This document shows, piece by piece, positions 20,809 through 30,591 of a stretch of DNA of 64,000 bases. Source of the DNA: Flavobacteriales bacterium (GTDB taxonomy: Bacteria; Bacteroidota; Bacteroidia; CAIKAF01); assembly GCA_018401695.1 (NCBI GenBank), contig JAGYKD010000002.1, positions 238,636 to 302,635 of the forward strand. Reading direction: 5' to 3'. The notes under the pieces were generated by a model, which worked only from the letters and a program-made list of their open reading frames with translations, had not been told where the DNA came from and did not search any database. A program made the position numbers and the translations under genes. Each line of letters starts with the position of its first letter. Position 1 is the first letter of the stretch.

Positions 20809-22671
20809 TTAGGGCTTAATGAAGGTTTGGCTCGACTGTACCGAGGCGGAGCTAATACGCAGTATATAGCTGCCCGAAGCCAAATGTCCTGCCTCAAATG
20901 CAATTACCTGTTCTCCTGCATATCCTTGACCTTTATACAAGGTATGCAATTTCTTTCCCTGCATGTCGTATACTTCCAGCAGCACCTCTTCGCTGCCCGG
21001 CAAACTGAAGCTTACATGCACCCTGTGGTATCCCGGGTTGGGAAAGACCTGCATTTCTTGACTTTTTTGCGCTTCTTCTATGCTCGAAGGGGCGCTGCCG
21101 AAAGGGCTAAACACTTCGGTAATCCATGTAGAATGTCTGCTGTTGGAAAACCCAAAGGTTCCGGAAATCCAAGCTCTACCATACAAGTCATAGTCTTGCT
21201 GAGCTCCAAAATAATCGCCCCAGCGTTCTACACCACCGTTGAGCACCAACAGGTTGCCCAAACCTTCTTTTACCCGCAATACCTCCGAAAAGCTCCCATC
21301 ATGGTAGAGCATAACGCTATGCCCGGGAAAGGTGTTGGGGCCACTGTGGTTAAAGGCAATCAAGGTCACCGGCTCCCAGCCGTTTTGATACCCCATGGTT
21401 GCCAGGTTGGGATAGCCCAAATCCAGGCTGTCAAAGCCAATTTGCCAACCACGTACGCTGCGTTGCCCCGGGTTTTCTGCCTGTTGAATTTCACCAAAAT
21501 ATATACCCGATGAGCCATGCGCCGTATCTATGCTGTTGCCTGCAAAATGAATGGTATTTCTATCTAAATTGGCGCTCAACACCCTGGCGTCATTGGTGGC
21601 CAGCACCTTGGAGGTGTCCGGCTGTCGGGCATCCGGCGACAATCCATAAGCTTTATCCAAGAGCATAACCTCAACGCTCACCTGAGCCGCACCCATGGTA
21701 TCGCTCAAGGTCACAAAAAAGAGGGTGTCGTTTTGTACATCAAAATTTCGATTGCTTAAGAAATATTGTTTGCGGCTACCTGCCAGCTCTGAGCGACGTG
21801 CTACCGCATGCAGGTTTCGGATAGGGCGCCCATCGTAGCCAATGCCCGACCAAATCTGAGAAATAAGCGTGTCTCCCGCATAGGCAGGTGCTTTTTTCAT
21901 TTGCCAAATCACCGACTGGGTAAAGCCCAGCTGCCAACTTACTCCATCCTTTATTTGATTACCGGTCACAAAAACTTCATCCTCGGTAATGGAAAGGGTG
22001 GGGAAGTCAAACCAAGTGGTGTCGTTAAAGGGATTTCCGGGCAAAGTATAAATGTTCCAATCGCCGGTGGGGTCGTTGCTTTGTGAAAAGGCCATTACTA
22101 TTTTGCTGCTTGCCGGTGTATTCCCGTTTAATACCACCGCTATAAATTTATCCGCCAAGGGATCGTAAATCACTTTGGGGTCAAAGCGGTTGTTTAAAAA
22201 GCCTCCAAGACCAGCAGCTTGGGTAAAAAACTTAAGTGTTTTTGAGGAGCTCACGCTTCCATCCCGCATATCGTATACCTGAATGGTGGTGTTCACAACC
22301 GAAACAATTTGGCTGTCGCGATTAAACGCCAAATAATTGTCCAAAGGCACGCTGCTGTTAAAATAGTTGCCCTGAAACGACCGCCCCAAAACAGGTACAG
22401 GAAGGTTGTTTTTGTTAGGAAGCATGGACGAAGCACCCACTTTTCGCGGGAAAGCCATGCTAGACGCTTGTTTTTGAAGCTTTAAGCCCACTTTCGAAGC
22501 CTTGCTGTAATAATCGCCCGAAGGCTTAGGCAGCAGTTGCGGCATCCAAGGGTCCTCCAACCCCGTACCTAAATGCACCACACCCGAGGGCGCAATACGA
22601 AACGAACTGGCTTGCTGTGCAAAAAGTGGGGCGGCAAACAAAAACGCACCCAACCAATAAAAACCTTTCAT
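20809..22671 (-). CDS. secreted protein with T9SS C-terminal sorting domain
   Basis: Signal peptide. C-terminal roughly 80 aa (…VFPNPGYHRVHVSF…YILRISSAS…) match the Por secretion tail. Confidence 0.6.
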   Translation of the reverse strand: MKGFYWLGAFLFAAPLFAQQASSFRIAPSGVVHLGTGLEDPWMPQLLPKPSGDYYSKASKVGLKLQKQASSMAFPRKVGASSMLPNKNNLPVPVLGRSFQGNYFNSSVPLDNYLAFNRDSQIVSVVNTTIQVYDMRDGSVSSSKTLKFFTQAAGLGGFLNNRFDPKVIYDPLADKFIAVVLNGNTPASSKIVMAFSQSNDPTGDWNIYTLPGNPFNDTTWFDFPTLSITEDEVFVTGNQIKDGVSWQLGFTQSVIWQMKKAPAYAGDTLISQIWSGIGYDGRPIRNLHAVARRSELAGSRKQYFLSNRNFDVQNDTLFFVTLSDTMGAAQVSVEVMLLDKAYGLSPDARQPDTSKVLATNDARVLSANLDRNTIHFAGNSIDTAHGSSGIYFGEIQQAENPGQRSVRGWQIGFDSLDLGYPNLATMGYQNGWEPVTLIAFNHSGPNTFPGHSVMLYHDGSFSEVLRVKEGLGNLLVLNGGVERWGDYFGAQQDYDLYGRAWISGTFGFSNSRHSTWITEVFSPFGSAPSSIEEAQKSQEMQVFPNPGYHRVHVSFSLPGSEEVLLEVYDMQGKKLHTLYKGQGYAGEQVIAFEAGHLASGSYILRISSASVQSSQTFIKP

Positions 22672-22923
22672 GAGCTGTAGTCTATGGCCTAAAGTTGTTC
22701 AATTTTTTTGGGATGCCCAAAGGCTTTATTTATAGGGGCCGCTTTTCCGGTGCTTTGCACCATCGGCTTTGCGCCCGGGCGCTTTTGCAGCCGGCTGCAG
22801 GGGCTTGCTGCGCGCCGCCGCTGCCCCGGCGCAAAAGCTGCCCGGCCGCTTCAGCAGGCTGGTACTGTCGCCCCGGGCGGAATCGAAACTGTGGTATTTT
22901 CCCCTACCTTTGTGCTTTAAATC

Positions 22924-23664
22924 TTGTTTTTGCCTGTGAAAGCTGTTTTCCTAAAAGAAATATCCGCTTTTTTTTCGTCCTTAACGGCCTACCTGGTCAT
23001 TGGACTCTTTTTGTTGGCCAACAGTATTTATTTGTGGCTTTTTCCCGGCGATAATATGCTCACCGCCGGTTATGCCGATATGCGCCGCTTTTTTGTAGAT
23101 GCTCCCCTGCTTTTTTTACTCCTGATTCCCGCACTTACCATGCGCTCCTTTGCCGAAGAAAAAAGTTTGGGTACCCTCGAAATCCTGCTCACCAAACCCT
23201 TAAACGAAGGCCATTTGGTGCTTGCTAAATTCTTTGCTGCCCTGTTTTTAATCTTGGTGGCTTTGCTGCCTACCATAATTTATCCGGTCTCTTTGTACAT
23301 GCTGGGTGATCCACCCGGAAATTTAGATGTGGCTGCGGTAACAACTTCTTATTTAGGACTGCTGCTTTTGGCCTCGGTTTATGCAGCAGCCGGTATTTTC
23401 GCTTCTACCTTTTCCAAAAATCAAATGGTAGCGCTTTTGCTTGGTTTGCTTTTTTGTTTGCTGGTTTCCGAAGGTATTGCCCAATTGGCGGTCTTGCCAT
23501 TTTTTGCCGGAGCCGACTTGTTCATAGCCAATTTGGGCATACATGCCCACTACGAGGGCATAAGCCGTGGAGTTATCGATTCCCGAGACTTACTTTACTT
23601 CCTTAGCCTCACGCTTTTATTTTTGGCCGGAGCTCGGCTTGTACTCCAAAAACGCACCTGGTAA
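22924..23664 (+). CDS. gldF: gliding-motility ABC transporter permease GldF
   Basis: N-terminus is (M)FLPVKAVFLKEISAFFSSLTAYLVIGLF. Six TM helices. gldG follows immediately. Confidence 0.8.
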   Translation: MFLPVKAVFLKEISAFFSSLTAYLVIGLFLLANSIYLWLFPGDNMLTAGYADMRRFFVDAPLLFLLLIPALTMRSFAEEKSLGTLEILLTKPLNEGHLVLAKFFAALFLILVALLPTIIYPVSLYMLGDPPGNLDVAAVTTSYLGLLLLASVYAAAGIFASTFSKNQMVALLLGLLFCLLVSEGIAQLAVLPFFAGADLFIANLGIHAHYEGISRGVIDSRDLLYFLSLTLLFLAGARLVLQKRTW

Positions 23665-25358
23665 TGTTGCAGCAAAGAAAATGGCGCCATTTGGCCTCCT
23701 TTGGACTACTTCTGGGTTTGGTTTTTATACTAAATCTCTTGTCCCAAACCGGTTTTTTTAGAATTGATCTTACCCAGGAAGGCCGCTACAGCCTTTCCGA
23801 TTCAACCGTGGCCATGTTGGAATCCATGGAAGAACCGGCCATTATAACCGTATACTTGGAAGGAGATTTCCCCGCCAATTTTAAACGGCTGCGTAACGCT
23901 ACCCAAGAATTGCTCGACGAGTTCAGATCCTACGGAGGTTCAAACCTGCAGTACCGATTTGTTGACCCATTTGCAGGAAAAAATAAAGAGGAGCAGGCCC
24001 AGATGTACCAAGAACTTATTGAAAAAGGCCTCAAACCATTTACGGTAGCCTTTACCGAACAGGGCGGTTCTCAACAAAAAATGATTTTTCCCGAGGCCAT
24101 TATTGCTTATCGGGGACGGGAAACCCGAGTGCCGCTTCTTCAAAATCAACAAGGCAGAGATCCTGAGGTTGCCCTTAATCAATCCATTGAGCAATTGGAA
24201 TTTGCCTTTGCCTCCGGATTATACAAGTTGCATACCTATGAATCCCGCCCAAAAGTGGCTCTGTCCTTTGGGCATGGTGAACTTCCCCAAGGCCTTATGG
24301 CCGACTTTCTGGAAACCCTCAAGGATTATTACGTAGTAGAAGCGGTAGAAATTAAAAACGACTTAGAAATTCTTACCCAAGCCTACCGTTGCCTCATTGT
24401 GGCCAAACCTTACCAAGCCTTCGACGATGCTTCAAAATTCATAATTGACCAATACATTATGCATGGCGGAAGGGTACTGTGGCTGGTGGATCCGGTGCTT
24501 ACCTCTATGGATAGCTTGCGCACTAGTGGCTTAAGTTATACGGTGGCCGTTCCTCAAGATTTGAACCTAAACGATATGTTCTTCAGATACGGGTTTCGTC
24601 TGAATTACGATTTGGTGCAAGACGCCAGATGTGCCTTTATTCCGGTTGTTACCGGAATGGATGGTGATCAGCCCCGCGAGGAGTTGTTGCCTTGGTTTTA
24701 TTTTCCGGTGGTGGTTCCCGGAACCCAGCATTTTTTGTCCGAAAACGTAGGACCTATTCGCCTGGAATTTGCTTCTACCGTGGATACGGTTAAGTCTCCA
24801 GGAATTCAAAAAAGCGTGCTGCTCACCAGCTCCGATTTGACCCGCGTGCCCAAGGCCCCGACTCGGGTTGCGCTTCAGTCAGTTTCCGAAATTCCTGTGC
24901 CCGAACGGTTTAATCAGCCCAATAGAACCTTGGCGGTTTTGCTCGAAGGCCGCTTTTCTTCGGCTTTTCAGCAAAGAATTGTGCCCAAATCCAATAAGCC
25001 ATTTAAGGCCGAAAGCGAACCTACGCGGATGATTGCCGTTGCCGATGGCGACATTGTTAAGAACAAGTTTAGTGCTTCTCGCCAACAACCTTTTCCTTTA
25101 GGGTTAGACCCTGTGAGCGGAGTGTATTACCCCGGCAACAAAAACTTTTTACTCAATTGCGTAAACTACCTCGCCGACGATGGTTGGTTCATTCCTTTGC
25201 GCAATAAACGCTTTCAAATACGTTTGCTTAACCGAAAGGCAGTAGAAGAAAAGGGCAGAAGCTGGCAAACCTTTAATGTGGTTTTTCCGCTTGCCTTTAT
25301 GTTGGCTTTTGCTTTTCTATTCAATTTTGTAAGAAACAGAAGATTCCGATCGCAATGA
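23664..25358 (+). CDS. gldG: gliding-motility-associated ABC transporter component GldG
   Basis: About 560 aa with TM helices at both ends, in the conserved position after gldF. Confidence 0.8.
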   Translation: MLQQRKWRHLASFGLLLGLVFILNLLSQTGFFRIDLTQEGRYSLSDSTVAMLESMEEPAIITVYLEGDFPANFKRLRNATQELLDEFRSYGGSNLQYRFVDPFAGKNKEEQAQMYQELIEKGLKPFTVAFTEQGGSQQKMIFPEAIIAYRGRETRVPLLQNQQGRDPEVALNQSIEQLEFAFASGLYKLHTYESRPKVALSFGHGELPQGLMADFLETLKDYYVVEAVEIKNDLEILTQAYRCLIVAKPYQAFDDASKFIIDQYIMHGGRVLWLVDPVLTSMDSLRTSGLSYTVAVPQDLNLNDMFFRYGFRLNYDLVQDARCAFIPVVTGMDGDQPREELLPWFYFPVVVPGTQHFLSENVGPIRLEFASTVDTVKSPGIQKSVLLTSSDLTRVPKAPTRVALQSVSEIPVPERFNQPNRTLAVLLEGRFSSAFQQRIVPKSNKPFKAESEPTRMIAVADGDIVKNKFSASRQQPFPLGLDPVSGVYYPGNKNFLLNCVNYLADDGWFIPLRNKRFQIRLLNRKAVEEKGRSWQTFNVVFPLAFMLAFAFLFNFVRNRRFRSQ

Positions 25359-26380
25359 GAAAGCTTAATACAATGCTCCTTTTTTTAGCGGCTTCCCTCT
25401 GGTATGCTTGTGGTTCGGGAGGAAGGGGAAGTACCCTTTCGGCAGATTATACCGCATTCAAAATTGAAGATACGGCCGGTATTGACCGCATTGTGTTGAG
25501 CAACCGAAGCAAACAACAAACCGTTTTGGTCCGCAAGCCAAACCGATGGGATGTAGAAAACGGCAACTTTCCCGCACGAAAAGATTTGATTGAGGTTACC
25601 CTAAACACCTTGCACCGGATGGAGGTGAAGGAATTTGTCTCTAAAGCAGGAAGAGACCACCAATTAAAACAATTGGCGGTGCACGGCACTACAGTGGAGG
25701 TGTACCAAAACGGTGAAATTACCCGTCGTTTTTACGTAGGCGGCCCTACCCAAAACCATATGGGAACCTACATGATGTTGGACGGTGCCGATATGCCCGT
25801 GGTGGTATATGTGCCCGGATTTAGAGGCTATTTATCCAACCATTTTACACCCAATATTCAAGAGTGGAAAAGCCGGCAAATTTTTGCTTACCACATTTCC
25901 GATATTGAGTCGGTGCAGGTGAGGCATGTCCGGAATCCCGAGCAATCTTTTAAGGTCGAATTGCTTAGTCCTACCCAATTTGCTCTGTTTCGAGGAGCTT
26001 CCCTTAGCCAAGCTATACCTTCTTTTGATACCAGTTTGGTTAAGGTGTTTCTACAAAATTTTAAGGCGCTTGGCTTTGAAAACTTTGTAGACATTAACGC
26101 GGCACGCATGGATTCGGTTCGGGCAAAGTATGGTTTGTACAGCGTAGAAGTAATGGAAAAGGGTGGAACCCTTCGAAAAGTGGACCTTTACCAAATTCCT
26201 TTGCCCCCGGGTACCTTGAATATGCTGGGCGAACCGGTAGATTTTGATGTAGACCGCATGTATGGCGTAGTAGACGATTCTATAATTACCCTTTGCCAGT
26301 TTTTTACCTTTGACCCTGTTACCATGCCTGCCGATTACTTTTTAAAGAAATCAGCGGTTCATAGAAAAACCGACGGCTGA
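25355..26380 (+). CDS. DUF4340-like lipoprotein (conserved gldG-downstream gene)
   Basis: Lipobox (LWYACGSGG). 4 nt overlap with gldG. Confidence 0.45.
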   Translation: MRKLNTMLLFLAASLWYACGSGGRGSTLSADYTAFKIEDTAGIDRIVLSNRSKQQTVLVRKPNRWDVENGNFPARKDLIEVTLNTLHRMEVKEFVSKAGRDHQLKQLAVHGTTVEVYQNGEITRRFYVGGPTQNHMGTYMMLDGADMPVVVYVPGFRGYLSNHFTPNIQEWKSRQIFAYHISDIESVQVRHVRNPEQSFKVELLSPTQFALFRGASLSQAIPSFDTSLVKVFLQNFKALGFENFVDINAARMDSVRAKYGLYSVEVMEKGGTLRKVDLYQIPLPPGTLNMLGEPVDFDVDRMYGVVDDSIITLCQFFTFDPVTMPADYFLKKSAVHRKTDG

Positions 26381-26424
26381 ATCTTTTTTTCAGGTTATAT
26401 TTGTGAGGATTAAATTGAAGGATT

Positions 26425-27552
26425 ATGCATTTTGTTGTTTCCAGCAAAACTTTATTGCAACACATACAAACCTTAACCGGTATTATTCCTAGCGGAAACT
26501 CCACCGTGCCTGTGTTGCAAAATTTCTTGTTCGCTACCGAAGAAAACGGAAGTCTAAGGGTTACGGCTTCTGATTTGGAAACTACAGTAGTTACCTCGGT
26601 GCCTGAGGTAGATGTCCGAACTCCCGGAAGAGTGGCATTTCCGGCCAAGTTCCTCGTAGATATTCTCAAGACTTTTGCCGATGTTCCGCTCTCGGTTCAG
26701 GTAGATACCTCCAATTGGAAAATTACCCTGAGTTCCGATTTCGGAAAATACCATACCGCCGGTTTTGACCCCGAAGAATATCCTTCCCTTCCTGTTTTTG
26801 ATGTGCAAGGCTCCTTTGAAGTAGAGGCCGTTACCTTCAACCATGCCATCTCTAAAACCATGTTTGCTGCCGGAAACGATGAAATTCGTCCGGTAATGAG
26901 CGGTATTCTTATGCAGGTGACCGCAGAGGGAACCAACTTTGTAGCTACCGACGGCAATAAGTTGGTGCGCTACAAAAGAAAAGACCTCAGTTCCGAAAAT
27001 CAATTCGAACTTATTCTTTCCAAGCGTCCGCTAAACTTGCTTAAGTCTATTGTAGGTACCTCCGAAGAACTAATTTCCATTGAGTACTCTGAAAGCAATT
27101 TGCGCTTTGTGTTTGGAGACTTCATAATGTATAGCCGTGCGGTAGAGGGAAATTATCCGGCCTACGAAACGGTTATTCCTAAAAACAATCCCAACAAATT
27201 GGTGGTAGACCGCACTGCTTTGATGAATGCATTGAAGCGGGTGTCTATGTTCTCCAATAAATCTACCTACTTGGTGAAGGTGCAATTGCAAGGCAACGTA
27301 ATGCAAATCATTGGAGAGGATTTGGACTTCAACAATGCCGCCAGCGAAGAGCTGAGTTGTCAATATGTAGGCGAAGACATGGAAATAGGCCTAAGCGCCC
27401 GTTTTTTGGTGGAAATGTTGAGCCACTTGGAGCAAGACAGCATCACCATGGAATTTAGCTCGCCCAACAAACCGGGAATTTTAGAGCCTACCGATTACCA
27501 GCGCGATATTGAGGACATCACCATGCTCATGATGCCTATTTGGGTAGGCTAA
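26425..27552 (+). CDS. dnaN: DNA polymerase III subunit beta (sliding clamp)
   Basis: 375 aa with an N-terminus typical of beta-clamps (…VPVLQNFLF…LRVTASDLE…). Confidence 0.85.
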   Translation: MHFVVSSKTLLQHIQTLTGIIPSGNSTVPVLQNFLFATEENGSLRVTASDLETTVVTSVPEVDVRTPGRVAFPAKFLVDILKTFADVPLSVQVDTSNWKITLSSDFGKYHTAGFDPEEYPSLPVFDVQGSFEVEAVTFNHAISKTMFAAGNDEIRPVMSGILMQVTAEGTNFVATDGNKLVRYKRKDLSSENQFELILSKRPLNLLKSIVGTSEELISIEYSESNLRFVFGDFIMYSRAVEGNYPAYETVIPKNNPNKLVVDRTALMNALKRVSMFSNKSTYLVKVQLQGNVMQIIGEDLDFNNAASEELSCQYVGEDMEIGLSARFLVEMLSHLEQDSITMEFSSPNKPGILEPTDYQRDIEDITMLMMPIWVG

Positions 27553-28217
27553 TTGGGCATAGAAGCCCCCATAAATACATAGTACAGCATATTGGCCCCC
27601 ATTTGGAGGGCCTTTTTTCTGGTAGATTCACTGTCGCCATGCACCTCGGGGTCTTCCCAGCCGTCGCCTAAATCGGTTTCAACGGTGTAAAGCAATACCA
27701 GGCGTCCTTCTATAAAAATACCCAAGGCTTGTGGTGCTTTTAAATCGTGTTCATGAATCTTTGGCATGCCTTGGGCGAAAGTAAAGGGCTTGCGAAAAAT
27801 GGGGTGATTGGAGGGAATGCTTGCTAAATTGTGGTCGGGAAAAATCTTTTTTATTTCTCGCCTGGCGTATTCATCCATGCCGTAGTTGTCGTCTATGTGC
27901 AAAAAGCCACCTCCCATCATCCATAGCCTTAAGTTCCTGACCTCTTCTGTGGAGAGCACTATATTGCCGTGCCCCGTGGCGTGCACCCATGGGTAACGAA
28001 ATAAATCGCTGCTTCCGGGTTCTACCACGGCAACTTCCGGGTTTAGCGCCATGCCCAAGGCATCGCGGCAAAACTTTACCAAATTGGGCACACTGCTGGG
28101 GTTGGCATACCAATCCCCACCTCCCTGGTATTTTAATACGGCCAACTGAGGTAATTGGGCACACAAGGTGTGCAGGGAAAACCATGCCGGCAGAATCAAC
28201 CAAAAACAAGCTTTCAT
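27549..28217 (-). CDS. secreted DUF4159-like protein
   Basis: Signal peptide and an LKYQGGGDWYA motif. Convergent with dnaN, overlapping it by 4 nt. Confidence 0.4.
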   Translation of the reverse strand: MKACFWLILPAWFSLHTLCAQLPQLAVLKYQGGGDWYANPSSVPNLVKFCRDALGMALNPEVAVVEPGSSDLFRYPWVHATGHGNIVLSTEEVRNLRLWMMGGGFLHIDDNYGMDEYARREIKKIFPDHNLASIPSNHPIFRKPFTFAQGMPKIHEHDLKAPQALGIFIEGRLVLLYTVETDLGDGWEDPEVHGDSESTRKKALQMGANMLYYVFMGASMPN

Positions 28218-28485
28218 AGCTTAAAGATACATTACCTGGGCCATACCTCTGCGGATACTACAAAAGACTGGCCGACAGTGGTCCCATTTTATCATAGATT
28301 AATTAGTTGAAAATGAGAATTTTATATGCATTTTTTCCGTTTTAAGCATGCAAAAAACAATCGAAACTTGCGTTTTTTTGTTTTTGGGGCTTTGTTTCAA
28401 AGGGCGCATCTTTGTATTGTAAGCAGCTTACAGGAAAGTTGTTACAAGGTTTAGGTTAGGGTTAATGTTCGCATAGCGGACAGGT

Positions 28486-28514
28486 AAGGGCGGTTTTCCG
28501 CCCTTATTTTTTTT
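28486..28514 (+). terminator. strong intrinsic terminator hairpin (plus-strand T-tract)
   Basis: AAGGGCGG-TTTT-CCGCCCTT followed by ATTTTTTTTGG. No annotated plus-strand gene lies upstream. Confidence 0.55.
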
Positions 28515-28681
28515 GGAAGATAAAGCGCCCCCGGGCGAACGGAAAGCCCGGAAAGCGGCCAGCCCCTACGCTTGGCAGGCGGAGGCGGCACAAAGTAAGC
28601 CCACGCACTGCCTAGCGAAGGGTGCTGACCGCTTGAGGACTTGCAGGGAGCACGGGAATTTGGCGCCCAAACCATCCTTTT

Positions 28682-30538
28682 TTACGACCGAATGAACCGT
28701 TTTACAATTCGGTGTTTGGAATTTTCGAATACCATGTAATACAGGCCTTTGCTGAGGGCGTAGCCGTCGTCGGTGCGGAAGCTGTTTTGCCGGCCCACTT
28801 CGTATTCGAGCAGGCTGCGGCCATGCATGTCCAGTATGTGTATTTTTGCCGGGCCTAAGTTGCCTTTCCAACGGACGCTGATGGGGCCGTGCGTTGGGTT
28901 TGGAAAAACAGTCATATCTAAGGTTTGGCCTGGGTTCCTTGGTTCTAGGGCTTTTTCAAGGATTTCCTGCAAGTGGTCCTGGGGCGGTTCCTGCGTTTGC
29001 GGTTCGCCGTTTTTTTCGCACTCGGGCACATACACAAAGCGATGAATGATTTGGAGCAACATTTTATTGAGCTTGTCCTTGTCGACGGTTCCGGCTACGG
29101 GACTTCGGTGGCTGTTTCCAATGCCGCTGTCGTCGGTAAGGGCCGTGTAGGTGCCATTGGTCGCTAGGGCCATGGCACGGCTTAGGAATTCGGCATCGGC
29201 GTCCATGCCGCTGCAAGCCAAAGGTACAATTCGTATGCCCTTTTCTGCTGCCTCTGCAGTAAGGAGCTGCAAGGCGCGGATGGTCTGTTGGTCCTTGTGC
29301 GCCGGGGCGTCAAGCACCAAAAATAGGATCCTTGCTCTTGCTTCGCTGCTCCAGCTCAACTGCTGAATACCCGCCATAAGTCCTTGATCTACAGCTTCCG
29401 GGAAATCTCCGCCACCGCCCGCTCTTTGTTCCTTTAAAAAGGAAGCGGCACCCGATCCGGGTCTAAAATCTTGATGCTGATATATGTAATGGTCTGTTAT
29501 GTCGCGATATACTACGGCCGAAGTTCTAAAATCAAGCGCTTTATGTTGGGTTTGGGCTTGTTGCATAACGTCCTCCAATTCGGTTTGGAGGTAGTTGAGT
29601 TCGTCGCCCATGGAACCGGTAGCATCAATAACAAAAGCAATGTCTACGGCTTTGGCAGGGCTGGGGCACTCCACCTGAAAACTCAGCTTACGGTAGCTAT
29701 GGTGCTTTTTTTGTGCACGGACGGTTTGGCTATGACCACGGTAGGTTGCCCTCAAAAACAAAGGACGTTCTGCCTGGGTATCTCGGCTAAAAAAATCGGC
29801 CCAAAGCTCGGCAGTTCCTGTGTTGTTGGTGCGGCCACTCCAAAGGATTTGCCCTTTTTCATTTTCCAAGAAAACGGGCACATCTACTAAGGCTTGCCCG
29901 TCGGCAGACTGAACCTTAAGGCCATATTTTTTTTGAGGAAACATGTGCCATTGGGCCATAGAAGATTGCAGGCTATCTAAGGCGTGTTGCGTCCAAAAGT
30001 CCCAGTGAATAAAGTCGTTGACCTCTCTTGCGGTGAGTTTCCCGGCCCCTGGGGAAGCTGTTGGGACTGGAGCTTCAAAATCTGCACCCATGCTTACCGC
30101 GCCGGTGGCTTTATCGGACCTTGCCCTGCTCATGGAGCTTCCTTCCGAAACGGTAGGAGCTATTTCTTCGGCGGATCCGTCAAAGCGCATGTTTTGTTGT
30201 AAGGCAATATTTGGCGCTTTTTTGATTTTGGTGGCTTCCAAAACCAGCGAGCTAAATTCGGGGGTTTCTTTGGAAATGACCAATGGCTTCTCTAAATGGT
30301 AGGCCATGTTGTGGCTAAAAGCCACCAGTCGATAGCTTCCGGGTAACAAGCTGCCGCAAAGCGTGTCGCCGTTTTGCCATAAAAAGTTGTGGACTCTTTT
30401 TTGGTTTCGATACATTTCTACCCGAAATTCCAGCGACTTTGGAGCGCTTTCAGGTGCCGAAATACGGAGACATGAGGACTGCGCCCCAAGGTGCAGGGTA
30501 GCAAGACTAAAACAAAAGACAAGAAGTGAACGCATCAT
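28682..30538 (-). CDS. secreted von Willebrand factor A domain protein with T9SS C-terminal sorting domain
   Basis: Signal peptide, a vWA MIDAS motif (AFVIDATGSMGDEL) and a C-terminal Por tail (…VFPNPTHGPISV…YYMVFENSK…). Confidence 0.65.
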   Translation of the reverse strand: MMRSLLVFCFSLATLHLGAQSSCLRISAPESAPKSLEFRVEMYRNQKRVHNFLWQNGDTLCGSLLPGSYRLVAFSHNMAYHLEKPLVISKETPEFSSLVLEATKIKKAPNIALQQNMRFDGSAEEIAPTVSEGSSMSRARSDKATGAVSMGADFEAPVPTASPGAGKLTAREVNDFIHWDFWTQHALDSLQSSMAQWHMFPQKKYGLKVQSADGQALVDVPVFLENEKGQILWSGRTNNTGTAELWADFFSRDTQAERPLFLRATYRGHSQTVRAQKKHHSYRKLSFQVECPSPAKAVDIAFVIDATGSMGDELNYLQTELEDVMQQAQTQHKALDFRTSAVVYRDITDHYIYQHQDFRPGSGAASFLKEQRAGGGGDFPEAVDQGLMAGIQQLSWSSEARARILFLVLDAPAHKDQQTIRALQLLTAEAAEKGIRIVPLACSGMDADAEFLSRAMALATNGTYTALTDDSGIGNSHRSPVAGTVDKDKLNKMLLQIIHRFVYVPECEKNGEPQTQEPPQDHLQEILEKALEPRNPGQTLDMTVFPNPTHGPISVRWKGNLGPAKIHILDMHGRSLLEYEVGRQNSFRTDDGYALSKGLYYMVFENSKHRIVKRFIRS

Positions 30539-30591
30539 GGTGTTTTATTGGGTTTACACCTGTGCGCAATAAACGTTCAAAAGGAAGTGCA

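Noticed and set aside
20827-21513. 228 aa plus-strand ORF
   Set aside because: It is antisense to the 620 aa T9SS cargo gene and has no features of its own.
26554-27003. 149 aa minus-strand ORF inside dnaN
   Set aside because: It is antisense to a well-supported dnaN.
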